Assembly: GCF_006345805.1 (NCBI RefSeq)
Contig: NC_043000.1
Location: 6,262,001 to 6,326,000 of the forward strand
DNA from: Octopus sinensis
Lineage: Eukaryota
DNA: 64,000 nucleotides
Direction of reading: 5' to 3'
Shown: positions 38,718 to 52,399 of the stretch, in pieces
Layout of the letters: every line of letters begins with the position of its first letter
Numbering within the stretch: the first letter of the stretch is position 1
Notes under the pieces: generated by a model
Seen by the model: the letters and a program-made list of their open reading frames with translations, nothing else
What the model was told of the DNA's origin: nothing
Databases searched by the model: none
Translations under genes and position numbers: made by a program

Positions 38718-39516
38718 CATATATATATACATATATATATATATACACACACAGATATACGATGGAATTCTTTCAGTTTCCGTCTACCAAATCCACTCAC
38801 AAGGCTTTGGTCGGCCCGAGGTTATAGTAGAAGACATTTGCCCAAGGTACCACGCAATGGAACTGAACCTGGAACCATGTGGTTGGTAAGCAAGCTACTT
38901 ACCACACAGCCACTCCTACGCTACAACAAACTATCTGTTCATCATATTGATCTTTTGTTGGATGTTTTTACTCCTGAAAATTGATGTAGTCTTATTTTCT
39001 TATAAACATTTCACTGATACACATTTGCAATATTACAATGATCCATTTTCTTTAGTTGATTACTTTTTATACAACTAGATAACAGCCATGGAAAAAATCA
39101 AATATTCAATTAGCAACATTTTTGCTTTAGGTTTACTATTTAACATCACGACCATTTTGTCTTTGTCTTTGTTTTTGTTTTGTTTTTTCTTCCTTGCAAC
39201 TTAATTACGATGAATTTTTTTTGACAAATTTTGGAGATTTGCAAGAGTAACTTTTTTTTACAGCTAGATGCCTTTCTAAATGTTAAGCAATCAATTAAAT
39301 GCTAAACTAATTTTGATCCAGCGCAAGCCAATAAAGGAACCGTTGCATGAAATGCAGGCATGACCATGCAGTTAAATGCCACCCAACCATGTTTTGGGTT
39401 TTGGGTTCAGTCCCACTGCAGAGCACCTTAAGTAAGTATCTTCCCATAAAGCCCCAGGCCAATCAATGCCTTATGAGTGAATTTGATATTTGGTACATGG
39501 AAACTGAAAGAAGTGC

Positions 39517-39555
<39 letters not shown>

Positions 39556-40836
39556 TGGACTCTCCTGTCAAAGACGGCATATGAGTGTTCAGCTTTTGCT
39601 AAATGACCTGTGCAAATAATTTGTTTATAGTGATCAAATGTTCGTGCTGCATATCAGCTCACTCTCTCCATCAAATCAACGATTGATGTCTGAACCATGC
39701 ATCAAGTGTCAAAGCAATCACAGAGCAACATCAGATGAAGTGTTTTGCTCAAGAACAGTAGTTCTCAGGGAAATTCAGCATGACACAGAAGCTGGTCCTT
39801 TGAAGCCGGTCCTTTGAATTACAGGCACAATTCATTTTTGCTAGCTGAGTGCACTGGAGTAACATGAAATAAAGTGTCTTGCTCAAGGATACAAAGCACT
39901 ACCAGAAATCGAACTCATGATTTTGCAATCATAAACCGAATACCCTAACCACTAAGCCACATGTCTTCACGGATTGCACAGAGTTAATCAACCAACTGCT
40001 CATATGCTATGGGCCAGCATGACCAAGGCTAAAGAGGGCTACACAACAACAGCAACAACAACTATTACTTAGAAATGGAGACGGTTGTCAACCAGGCAGC
40101 AGAAAATGAATGCAGAGATGGTTGTGCATCCTCATCGTTGTTTTAACATCCACTTCTTCTCCAAGCTTGCATAGTTTGGGCAGAGATTCATTGAGGCAGA
40201 TTTTCTAAACCTGGATGCCCTTCTTGACACAAACCCTTACAAGCCTACTAGTGAAATTAACATTTCTGGTAGTGCATTGCATCCTTGAGCAAGACACTTT
40301 ATTTCATGTTACTTCAGTGCACTCAGCCAGCAAAAATGAATTGTGCCTGTAATTCAAAGGACCGGCTTTGTCACATTCTGTGTCATGCTGAATTTACCTG
40401 AGATATTTCCCTGAGATTTCCAAGCAAGGAAATATTTAAATATTTCCTGATGGCCAGACATGTTTTCATGGCAGATTGGAAATGAATGGTGACACTCATT
40501 TACAACTATTGTGCAATGTCAGGATGGATACACACATGCACATGCACACACATACATGCTCATGCACGCACACATGCACACACACACACACACTCAAAGA
40601 CAGATATATATATAATCAAAAAGGTTAATGCCAATGAATGAGGCCAGCAGCATTCATTCAACTAAGTTTTATGTTCATGTAATTGGTGTTTGCTGGTCTT
40701 ATAAAACAGGTGTACATCATATAAGACATTACTAGTAATTACATTTTCTGTATTTTCTTTTTTGTGCACATATATAAATACATAACACATACACACACAC
40801 AAATATGATAAGCTTGTTTTAGTTTCCATCTACCTA

Positions 40837-42345
40837 TTTCTTTACTACCCACAAGGAGTTAGACACAGAGAGGACAGACAAACAGATTAAGTCGATTACA
40901 CCGATCCCAGTGCGTAACTGGTACTTATTTAATCAACCCCGAAAAGATGAAAGGCAAAGTCGACCTCAGCAGAATTTGAACTCAGAACGTAGCGGCAGAC
41001 GAAATACCTATTTCTTTACTACCCACAAGGGACTAAAAATACAGAGGGGACAAACAAGGACAGACAAACAGATTAAGTCAATTATATCGACTCCAGTGCG
41101 TAACTGGTACTTATTTAATCAACCCCGAAAAGATGAAAGGCAAAGTCGACCTCAGCAGAATTTGAACTCAGAACGTAGCGGCAGACGAAATACCTATTTC
41201 TTTACTACCCACAAGGGACTAAAAATACAGAGGGGACAAACAAGGACAGACAAACAGATTAAGTCATTATATCGACTCCAGTGCGTACTGGTACTTATTT
41301 AATCCCCCGAAAAGATGAAAGGCAAAGTCGACCTCAGCAGATTTGAACTCAGAACGTAGCGGCAGACGAAATACCTATTTCTTTACTACCCACAAGGGAC
41401 TAAAAATACAGAGGGGACAAACAAGGACAGACAAACAGATTAAGTCAATTATATCGACTCCAGTGCGTAACTGGTACTTATTTAATCAACCCCGAAAAGA
41501 TGAAGGCAAAGTCGACCTCAGCAGAATTTGAACTCAGAACGTAGCGGCAGACGAAATACCTATTTCTTTACTACCCACAAGGGACTAAAAATACAGAGGG
41601 GACAAACAAGGACAGACAAACAGATTAAGTCAATTATATCGACTCCAGTGCGTAACTGGTACTTATTTAATCAACCCCGAAAAGATGAAAGGCAAAGTCG
41701 ACCTCAGCAGAATTTGAACTCAGAACGTAGCGGCAGACGAAATACCTATTTCTTTACTACCCACAAGGGACTAAAAATACAGAGGGGACAAACAAGGACA
41801 GACAAACAGATTAAGTCAATTATATCGACTCCAGTGCGTAACTGGTACTTATTTAATCAACCCCGAAAAGATGAAAGGCAAAGTCGACCTCAGCAGAATT
41901 TGAACTCAGAACGTAGCGGCAGACGAAATACCTATTTCTTTACTACCCACAAGGGACTAAAAATACAGAGGGGACAAACAAGGACAGACAAACAGATTAA
42001 GTCAATTATATCGACTCCAGTGCGTAACTGGTACTTATTTAATCAACCCCGAAAAGATGAAAGGCAAAGTCGACCTTGGCGGAATTTGAACTCAGAACGT
42101 AACGGCAAACAAAATACCTATTTCTTTACTACCCACAAGGGGCTAAACACAGAGAGGACAAACAAGGACAGACAAATGGATTAAGTTGATTATATCGACC
42201 CCAGTGCATAACTGGTACTTATTTAATCGACCCCGAAATGATGAAAGGCAAAGTCTACCTCGGCGGAATTTGAACTCAGAACGTGACAGCGGACGAAATA
42301 CCGCTAAGCATTTCGCCCAGCATACTAACATTTCTGCCAGCTTGC
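40837..42345 (-). repeat. SINE-B-derived satellite, 186-bp unit, 8 units
   Basis: Unit starts at 40837, 41011, 41197, 41378, 41563, 41749, 41935 and 42121; six inner units near-identical, first and last divergent. Confidence 0.95.
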
Positions 42346-43577
42346 CTCTACCAAATCCACTCACAAGGCTTTGGATGGCCCAAAGTGCCATGCAAAGGGG
42401 ATTGAAACTGAAACCTCATGGTTGGAAAACAAACTTGTTACTACTCAGCCATGCCTGTGCCAACATCCAAGGACAAACATAATAAATGCAATAAGATTTA
42501 AAATCTAGACAAAGTGAGTAGTATTCTAGTATTTTAACTTCACAGCTTTTATAAGAATATAATTAGAGTATCAGAATCTGTTATCGTTTAGTAAACATTA
42601 ATGAATATTATTAGGGAAAGTATTTTCTGGCTATGCAGCTTTTGAAGCTATTTCCTTTTTGTGTGAATGTAATTAATTACCAAAGAAATAAAAATAGATT
42701 ATTCGATCTCAAAATGTTTATCTCTATTCATTGAACTTCCCAGCACCACTCAACAGGACTTTCCGGAGGTTTTATTTCAATTTATTTTACTTGTGAAAAA
42801 TCAATGTTTTATGCTGCATTAGCTAAATATGTGGTCCTTGTAAATTCAAAATGGGAAAAACTTGAGAAAGAGAAATGTTTTGAACGCTAGCAATCAGAAC
42901 CAATAAATGTCATATAATTGGTATGATATCAGTTGGAATAATTGATAAGGATGAAATCGTTAAAAGTCTTGTACTTTATTGCTGTCCAGCTAACTCCCCA
43001 ACTCTCATAGATCAATAAGAAGACACCAAATCTTGTATACTATAGAAATATAATCTCATTGAGGAGAAGTAAGGGGAAAGGAAATTTAGAATTACCAAAT
43101 GATAAATGTCGATATCTAATAAGTAACATTGACTGAAAGAAACTATAACGTGCATAGCGGGAAAATAATACTACGGACAATAGCAATCTAGATCACACCT
43201 GTATGGCTGGGAAAAAAGTATGTTTTTAAATGGTCTTAAATGGCATGGTGGGGAGGGTGGGGATATCTCTTTAACCTTGTTTCAATACAATTAACAAAAA
43301 GGAAATATGTATACATTCATACATAAATGTATGAACGTACATATGCTCATAGTTATGGAGCCAGTGTCGGTTTCAAAGAATAAGGGATACAATTTGTTCA
43401 CTCAACAGAACTACTGTGTGTGTGTGTGTGCAAATACAGGATGGACCATAAGTTATGCACCAAATGAGTTCAAAATTTTCTGAAATTGCTAAAGACGTTT
43501 CGAATTCTCTAAAATTTAATGCAATAAATAAAACAATGATGAATACGCAAGTAGTTGTAATGATGAACAAAATGAAA

Positions 43578-43637
<60 letters not shown>

Positions 43638-43641
<4 letters not shown>

Positions 43642-44195
43642 GCCCTGATGCAGTACCAGGCAGTGGCTCTCATGGCTTCTGATCTTAACTGATTGGAAGT
43701 GTTATCATGTACATTGTTTTGTCTTGGTATAAAAGATGGGCTACAGCAAATATTCTGCTCAATACCACAGATTTGCTTGTCAGTTGTTTGACCTTAACCA
43801 GTTGAGCATGTCCCTTAGTGGCTGACGATATGTGCATCTCTGATCACGAGCAGAAGTAGTGGGGGAGCATCATAGCCATGTGTTGAGAGGGATTCTTTGG
43901 AGTTTGAATAACTCACCTCTGGAAACATGGGTGGTTCTTTCAACTTCCTTAAACAACCCTTATTCAGGGACCTTTTGAGCAGGATGGGCTACTCAACCTG
44001 AAGAAATTTCTAACTGGGCCCCACCTGCAAGGTCATGTGCTGTTTATCTTGATATGAGATCACCATGTCGCGCACATATGGTTGTGATGCATGTGCCTGG
44101 TGTACCCTTATCAGACGGGTAGTCATGATGGGTATATTGGGCTTCGTATATTTTACCCCAGTGTCACTTTGATGGCATGAACTGCTCTCTCACTC
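43638..44195 (+). mobile_element. Full-length ~560-bp (TAA)n-associated retroposon
   Basis: Same ends as the 34023 copy and shares its diagnostic variants; (AAT)n flanks. Confidence 0.9.
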
Positions 44196-44867
44196 AATAA
44201 TAATAATAATCATTTCTACTCTATGCACAAGGCCTTGAAAATTTTGGGGGAAGGGGGATAGTCAATTACATCGACACCGGTGCATAACTGGTACTTATTT
44301 AATTGACCCTGAAAGGATGAAAGGCAAAGTCAACCCCAGCAGAGTTTGAACTCAGAACGTAGCAGCAGACGAAATACTGCTAAGCATTTCACCCAGCGTG
44401 CAAACTATTCTGCCAGCTCACCGCCTTAAATAATCTTTTCTAGTCTAGATACAAGGCCTGAAGTTTTTAAGGAAGGGTGCCAGTCAATTAGATCGATCCC
44501 AGTATGCGACTGGTATTAAGTTATCCACCTTGAAAGGAAGAAAGGCAAAGTCAACCTCAGCGGAATATGAACTCAGAACATAAAGACAGACGAAATACTG
44601 CTAAGCATTTCGCCCAGCATGCTAATGTTTCTGCCAGCTTGCCGCCTTAGAATAATAATAATAATAATGTAATATAATGTAAAATGTTTTGAGGTTTTGG
44701 TTCATAACTTTTGGCCTCTGTGTATGTATGTGTGTGCACGCGTGCATGCATGTGTGTGTGTGTATACACACAGTGTACACTGCAAGTGGCTGTATAACCT
44801 ATAGACACTGAAATTGCTTAACCTAATACTCAAACAAACTCAATTTTGAATTATAAGAACAATTTAC

Positions 44868-44992
44868 TCAACAGGCTTCCACATAGTTTCCCTCCCTCCT
44901 TCAACCCAATTACATTCACTTGGTTTGGTAAAAGGCCAAAGTAGCCAGGTTGTAAAAGGTGAGCAAAGAAAACATAATGTTGCATCAAGAAA
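44868..44992 (-). CDS. Candidate upstream exon of the same or another minus-strand gene (FLMQHYVFFAHLLQPGYFGLLPNQVNVIGLKEGGKLCGSLL, or the alternative open frame)
   Basis: cactgttttatttcag| acceptor and TTGA|gtaaat donor bracket 125 nt of unique sequence open in two frames. Confidence 0.4.
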
Positions 44993-47900
44993 CTGAAATA
45001 AAACAGTGTTCAGAAAGTGATAAAAAAACAAATTGGTTTTGTGCATTAATATAACATTGGCTTTTCAATGATTTATGATATTAAAAAAGCAAATAAGCAT
45101 TTAAAACAATTTCTGGTTTATTCAGGGACAAGCAAAAGTGTTGATGTGTAGCAAACACTTTTAAAATACAAAGTCTCAAACCTAGATGTTGTATGCAGTG
45201 TAATTTTAACCCTTTTGATACTAATTCACCCAAAACCACACTTGGTTCTGTAGTACAGACTTTCTGCCTTAAAGTGATCAAACTGAAAATTTCCCATTAA
45301 AATTTCATGTTAATTTGTTCCAAACAACAGCTTAATAATGACACAGTTATTTTACTAAATTCTTCATATTCTTCATTATTTTTTAACTTAATTGAAAGAA
45401 TGTAATTGAAAGAATGTAAAAAAAAACAATGTATTTTAACAGAAGTATGCTAACAGAAGAATTAAGTGGTTTAATGTAAAGTAAGTTGAAGGTGTGCCAA
45501 TTTCAGACTCAACTGACATTGAAAAGGCCAAGCAGCTTCACAAGGCTATGAGTACCATAAAGAAATATTTGTTTATAGATGGGAAGATTAGAAACTTTGA
45601 AGCAGCTTAAAAATGCAGTTACATATTTGGTGACCTGGTTAAAAAAGAAAAAACATGTTGGATTCTTTTTTCTTTTTTTTCTTTGATTTTTTCTTTTTTT
45701 TTTAGGATAGAGTTTCAGTACATTGACAAATCTGATCATTTGGGGCCACTTAGATTCCAAGGGTATTAGATTACAGGAATTGAACTGTGACATAAGTGAA
45801 ACAATTCAGCTCCAGCTTAAATGATAACAGAAACACAAGGCCAAAGAATAATGATAATACCATAAGCAATTTTATGAAGTTCACTTCCCAGCTGCATGGT
45901 TATGAGTTCAGTCCCACTGTGTAGCACTTTGGGGCAAGTGTCATCTACTCATTTACTGCAGTCCCAGGCTGACCAATTGCAAAAGATTTGGTAGCTGGAA
46001 TCTGAAAGAAGCTTATTATATGTATATATATATATATATGATGGACTCTCCCATTGAAGACAACATATGAGTGTTCAGCTTCTTTGCTGAACAACCTTCA
46101 CAAATGAATGGTTTCTGGTGATCAAATGTATGAGCTGCACATTAGCTCACTCCTTCCATCAAACCGACGTCGCCTGAACAGGTGCCCAAGTGTGCCGTAC
46201 ATCAGATGCTGAAATGACCATAGAGCAACGTGAAATTAAGTTTTTTTGCTAAAGAACACAACACACTGCTCGGTAGGAATTGAACCCATCATCTAGCAAT
46301 TGTGAGTGCAATATCCACACCACTAGGCCACGTACCTTCACACATACACACACACACACATATGGTCTCTCTTTACAGTTACCAGGACTGAGTAGTAAGT
46401 GTTTCTGCTAGAAGCACACCACTGTGCTGGAAACAGACCATAAAACAGTTGAACATTCATTTAGCAAGTCAAGATAGGTGTAGGAGTGGCTGTGTGGTAA
46501 GTAGCTTGCTTACCAATCACATGGTTCTGGGTTCAGTCCCACTGCGTGGCACCTTGGGCAAGTGCCTTCTACTATAGCCTCGGGCCGACCAAAGCCTTGT
46601 GAGTGGATTTGGCAGATGGAAACTGAAAGAAGCCTGTCGTATATATGTATATATATATGTGTATGTGTGTGTATATGTTTGTGAGTCTGTGTTTGTCCCT
46701 CTAACGTCGCTTGACAACTGATGGTGGTGTGTTTACGTCCCCGTAACTTAGCGGTTCAGCAAAAGAGACCAACAGAATAAGTACTAGGTTTACAAGGAAT
46801 AAATCCTGTGGTTGATTTGCTCGACTAAAGATGGTGCTCCAGCATGGTCACAGTTAAATGACTGCAACAAGTAAAAGAGTATAGTCCTGACTTAGCTAAC
46901 TGTACCAGCTCTATATTTGTGATCTTGCAGGCATAGTCATACACCCACCCACCCACACAAAAACACACAGATATGCATTCACACAAACGTGGCTGACTTA
47001 ATCCTTTTGGTATCAAACTGACTGAGATCATCCCTGGTTCAACGATACACAAACTTCCTGTTTAAAAAGGATCAAAATTAAAACCTTCCAATAAAATTTC
47101 ATGTTAATTTGTGCTCCAAACACCAGATTAAGAATAATATAGTTATTTTACTAGATTCTACATTATTTCAAGATTAATTTCTTCAAAAGAAATATTGGTA
47201 CAGGAGTGGCAGTGTGGTAAGTAGCTTGCTTAACAGCCACATGGTTCCAGGTTCAGTTCCACTGTGTGGCACTTTGGGCAATAGTAATCTACTATAGTCT
47301 CAGGCTGACCATAGTCTTGTGAGTGGATTTAGTAGACGGAAACTGAAAGAAGCCTGTCATATGTGTGTGTGCGTGTTTGTCCCCCCAACATCGCTTGACT
47401 ATCAATGCTGGTGTATTTATGTCCCCGTAACTTAGCGGTTCAGCAAAAAAGACTGATAGAAAAAAGTACTAGGCTTACAAAGAATAAGTCCTGGGGTCGA
47501 TTTGCTCGACTAAAAGCAGTGCTCCAGCATGGCCACAGTCAAATGACTGAAACAAGTAAAAGAATAAAAGAATAGTGACTAGTGACAAAAGGGTCGATTT
47601 ATCAGCTAGTCCAAAAGTACCCCATAGCTCTTGAGTCCCTTCAGTAAAGTTCATTTTATTGCAATCATTCCAATTAAGAGCCCAGTCTGTAGATAATTCA
47701 ACTTTTCGCTGTGCTACTTCCTAGTATTGTATCCTACATGTTGTGGCTTCTTTTGTTCTTTCCTTCATCAGCCTGGAATGACCTACATAAAGCTATTTGT
47801 CTTTTCCATTCATTCACTGAATCGCAGATATGGTTGTGTGGTTTAAGACGTGTGTTTCACAACCATGTGGTTTCAAGTTCAATCCCACTGCATTGCACAG

Positions 47901-49099
47901 TGGGCAAGTATCTTCTATAACCCCATGGCAACCTATGTCTTGTGAATGAATTTGGCAGGTGGAAACTGTGTGGAAGCCTAGTGTGTGTGTGTGTGTATGT
48001 GTGTATTTGTGTTTGATCCCACACCAACTGATACCCAGTGCAGTAACTTAGTAATTTGGCAAAAAGAACTGGAGTTAGTTGGCTCAACTAATCCTTTCAA
48101 GAAGGTGCCCCAACATGGCTGTAGTCCAATGACTGAATCAAGTACAACAGTAAAAGATCATACACATACACACACACACGCACACATACACGCACACATG
48201 CATCTTTTTTTTTTATTTCAAATAATAATTAAAGAACACATTTTCTGACATTTAACTCTTTAGCATTCGGTTTACTTTGTCAGATGTAAGTCAATGAAAT
48301 AAGTACCAGTTACGCACTGGGGTCGATGTAATCGACTTAATACATTTGTCTGTCCTTGTTAGTCCCCTCTGTGTTTAGCCCCTTGTGGGTAATAAAGAAA
48401 TAGGTTACTGATTCAAGTTGTTTTTAATTAATCATGCATTATTTTTTTTAGTTTTGAGATTTTGATGATTTGACTGTTTATTTTTAGAATGACATTGTGG
48501 GGTAAGTGTGAGAGGCCAGATCTGGCCAGGTTGAACATAAAACAAATAGAATATTACGGCTTGATATGGCTGGTTTTTAAATGTTAATGACTAATGCAAT
48601 TATAGTGACGTAGTCCCTATTGGTTTTGAGTCAAATCAGCTAGAGTAAATCTGGAGATATATGCATTAAAACGAAATTAAAATAGAACGTATCACTTTAC
48701 TATGGTCTCTGCATTAGATTTATTCCTTTATCCAATGTTTGAACCAAAAACAAACAACGAAAAGAATATGTAAAAAGGAAATAAAAATAGAAACATTTCA
48801 AATGTTTGAATGTCATTCTTTCTATCGACCTCTTTTATTGAAACCAAGGATTTGACTAGCCATCCTGATACAGATAGAACAGCTGCCTATTGACTAAACA
48901 CAACCCCCCCAAAAAAAAATCAATAAGTACTACAAAGTCAATATTACATATAAAACTAGAGTATAACACTTAACTACATGGTTGTTATAAAGAGAAGGAA
49001 GTCATTAGGCGAGTATTTAGACAAACGGCCTTGATAGAGATGTTAAATCTGTTTCTCTAAGTAGTGAGAGCAGGAATAATAATAATAATAATAATAATA

Positions 49100-49370
49100 A
49101 TTAATTCGTTTATTAGTCACAAGGGCTAACAAAAATCAAATAAAATATGTAAGGATAAGATACAGGACGAAAGTTACAAAAAGGGTTTTGTCTGTTTGAA
49201 AAGTCTGTGTAAAAATGCAAGATAACAACGAAAATATAACAATTAAAACTCCCAATAGGGGGAGGCGCTTCGAAAGGTTACTCGTGGAAAAACCCATAAA
49301 AGCCATGGGAGCCTGGTCAAAAGGGGGGGGGGTAGAGAGCCCCTTTCTCCTTTTATATTACCTTTTTTTT
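49100..49370 (-). mobile_element. LINE-like 3' terminus (possibly L1/Tx1 group)
   Basis: Homologous by eye to 58588-58750(+); ends cccttgtg..aataaa followed by (ATT)n. Confidence 0.45.
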
Positions 49371-49385
49371 ACAGGTGTATCCTCA

Positions 49386-49432
<47 letters not shown>

Positions 49433-50721
49433 GTAATAGTAATAGTAATAATAATAATATAATAATAATAATGGTTTCATGTTTTGGCACAAAGTCAGCA
49501 ATTTTGGGGGAGGGTGTAAATCAATTACATCGACCCCAGTGCTCAGCTGGTACTTATTTCATTGACCCCGAAAGGATGAAAGGCAAAGTCGACATTGGTG
49601 GAATTTGAATTAAGACTAAACAATAAGTTGGAATTGTTAAGTCAGCAAAAAAACAACTTTCTGTCCCCTACATAAGATCAATTCTCAGACTAAAATCCAC
49701 TGCTTTACTTCAGCAAGGATCTGGAATATGGCAGACAATAACAAAAAGTCTACAATGAATCCTGTCTGTGCTATTTCCTTTCCAATCATAGATCTTTTGC
49801 CAATAAGAACTTTGTGCAGCTGTGTTGTGGTAGTTTTTATTTGTTACAACGAGACAAAGATTCACAAGAGCCTGACAATTAATGGGTGGAAAACTAGATC
49901 AAGTACTTTAATCGATGTAACTGATGAAGCTTTTGTATGATATGAATACAAACGTTCACAGGCAACGGTGTCAGTGTTATTAAAGTGTGTCCTATTTATG
50001 GCGAGAAACCACTACAGGGGAGAGATTATTACTTGGTAATTGATTGAAATACATTCAACCTAAATTTAAAAGTACTTTCATTAATAGAAACAAGCAGCTA
50101 AAATGCAAAAACCATTCAATTGTAGTAGTAGATTATACTTTTATAGTGTATGAGAGGTTAATTCAATAAACAGCAATGGTTTTAGAATAATATCAATTCA
50201 CTAGAGGATCACTCTCTATATTTTTTGCTTGTTCCTATGTTATATTTTGAATGGTTTATCCTTTGATAATCATCATGAGTCAAATTTCTAGCAATATCAT
50301 GAATATCATTGAACTTGGGTTAAACCATTAATTCTAATGTATGACTCCAATACACTTATCCTTTGTTGCACCAGAAGACATAGAAGTAACAAAACGGAAA
50401 TGAAACAGAGATAGACACACAAAAGACAAAGTGAATAGTATAAGTTCATACTAGCAGTGTACGGAAACTCACTTCATGTGTAGAGATAGCAAACAATAAG
50501 TCTACTCTTGATTCACCTATTTGTATCATCCTTATATTCAAACCAGTTATCAACAATGGCAAGGTTTCAGTACTTTCTTGTAGCAGCAGGCAAAGAAGCA
50601 AAACACTCATTCATAGTTGTAACCAAATAATTGACTTGTTATAAGTTATTTTATCAAATCATCAATTAATTTTGAAGACAAGGAAGAATTTAATTTAAAT
50701 AACTTTATCATTATTAAGCTA

Positions 50722-51046
50722 TTGTGTCTGGGGAGAGTCATTTTCTTTTTGTGCCTTATTATGTAACACACTCACCAGTAAAATTTCCACGTTTTTCTTA
50801 TTTTTATTGTCCTAAAATTTCCGTTGCGTCTTGCAACCTTTTCGATAGTTTTCGAAACTATTGAAAAGGTTGTAAGATGCAACGAAAATTTTAGGAAAAT
50901 AGAAATAAGAAATAAGTGGAAATTATATCGGTGAGTGTATTACATAATAAGGCACAAAAAGAAAATGACTCTCCCGAGACACAATAGAATATGCTTCAAC
51001 ACACGAACTCATATAAAGAATCTTGCAAACCAAATCCAAAAACGAA
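50722..51046. mobile_element. Fold-back element (~270-bp hairpin plus ~60-bp tail) with 12-bp target-site duplication
   Basis: Arms about 50719-50851 and 50855-50987; direct repeat attattaagcta at 50710-50721 and 51047-51058. Confidence 0.8.
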
Positions 51047-51540
51047 ATTATTAAGCTAGTGTTTGGAATATAAATCAGCCTGAAATTTCAATGGAAGCAT
51101 CAAAATTGAATGACTTTAAAGCAGGGAATTTGTATTGTAGAAATAAGGAAAGTTTTAGGTGGGTTGTTGTCAAAAGAGTTAACCTTTTTTGATACCAACT
51201 CACCTGAAATATTGATGTAACAAAAAAAAATGTTTAATAATGTTATCGACAGATTTGTTGATAAAACATTATTAAATTTTCATTTTAATTAGATTTACAC
51301 AGCTTTATTTCCAGAGTTGTTGAATTATTGTTTATGCTCACTTCACAAACATGTCAGAATGGCAACATATTACAACAGATCTTAAGTTATATAAGCTACA
51401 TTTTGACTGTTAACTAGAAGATCAAGACAAGCCATAGACACCGCATAAAATTTGTACCATGGGTTTAAGTCACTTGCATGACTGGTTGAAGAAAAACAAA
51501 CATTCAATGCCTTTTGTAGTACCAATGATTTAGAGGGAGC

Positions 51541-51781
51541 AAAAAGATTGCCTTACAAGTAAGGCAAAAAGATTGTCTTACAAGCAAAGAAAAAAGATTG
51601 CCTTACAAGCAGGAAAAAAGATTGCCTTACAAGTGAGGCAAAAAGATTGCCTTACAAGCAAGGAAAAAAGATTGCTTTACAAGCAAGGAAAAAAAGATTG
51701 CCTTACAAGCAAGGAAAAAAGATTGCCTTACAAGCAAGGAAAAAAGATTGCCTTACAAGCAAGGAAAAAAGATTGCCTTAC
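51541..51781. repeat. Minisatellite, ~25-bp unit (aaggaaaaaagattgccttacaagc) x10
   Basis: GATTG at 51546, 51571, 51596, 51620, 51645, 51670, 51696, 51721, 51746 and 51771. Confidence 0.95.
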
Positions 51782-52399
51782 TGCTATTTTTATACAGTTA
51801 ATTTTAAAGGGATTTTCTTTAAAAAAAAGGGCACAAAATCATTTCTAACTCGATAAGTGGCAGCTCCACATGTAGAGCTAACATATAACATGTGATGAAG
51901 CACTGTGGATCTTTTCTATTTGGTTGTACCTGTGGAAAATATTAAAGTTTATTGAAAAATTTTTAATTTGATGTATTGATGTAATTTTCCATGCTGAATC
52001 TCAGGAGCTAATTCATTTTTTCAGAAAATTTTTTTAAAAAAAGTTACAAAGGTTTAAAGTTTGATCATTTTTACCCAGGCAGAGAACAGGATTTGGAAGC
52101 TGTCATTTTGTGTATGGCTGCATGTGTTGTCAACTGTAAACAAATGAGATATTGCCAGAATTTTGCTTTACACACACCATATAACCCCTCATAATTTCTA
52201 TATTTTTTGTAATTTTCAGGAAATTTTTGCAAATTTGTATTCTACACATGGGAATTCATACAATTATGCAAAAAGCAAGAAAAAAATTTGGTGCATGATT
52301 TAAGGCCTATTTAGCTATTATTTTTAGCACATCTCATACCTCATGTGTTTTAAGCATTTAAAAAGTGAAAAATGGCAACGTGGGTAAGCAGCTTGGCTT

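Noticed and set aside
41528-42184. 218-aa ORF as a protein-coding gene
   Set aside because: It is a by-product of a 186-bp (3n) SINE-derived unit lacking stops in one frame.
48601-48630. Promoter (TGACGT plus ATTGG)
   Set aside because: Short motifs are expected by chance; no transcription-start evidence or CpG enrichment.
50471-50608. ATG-initiated first exon MSVLLLCLLLQES...STHE with gtgagt donor (minus strand)
   Set aside because: Plausible but unsupported: hydrophobic open frames of this length occur by chance in AT-rich DNA, and no linked exon could be phased.
51573-51856. Lys-rich repeat proteins
   Set aside because: Translations of the 25-bp minisatellite.
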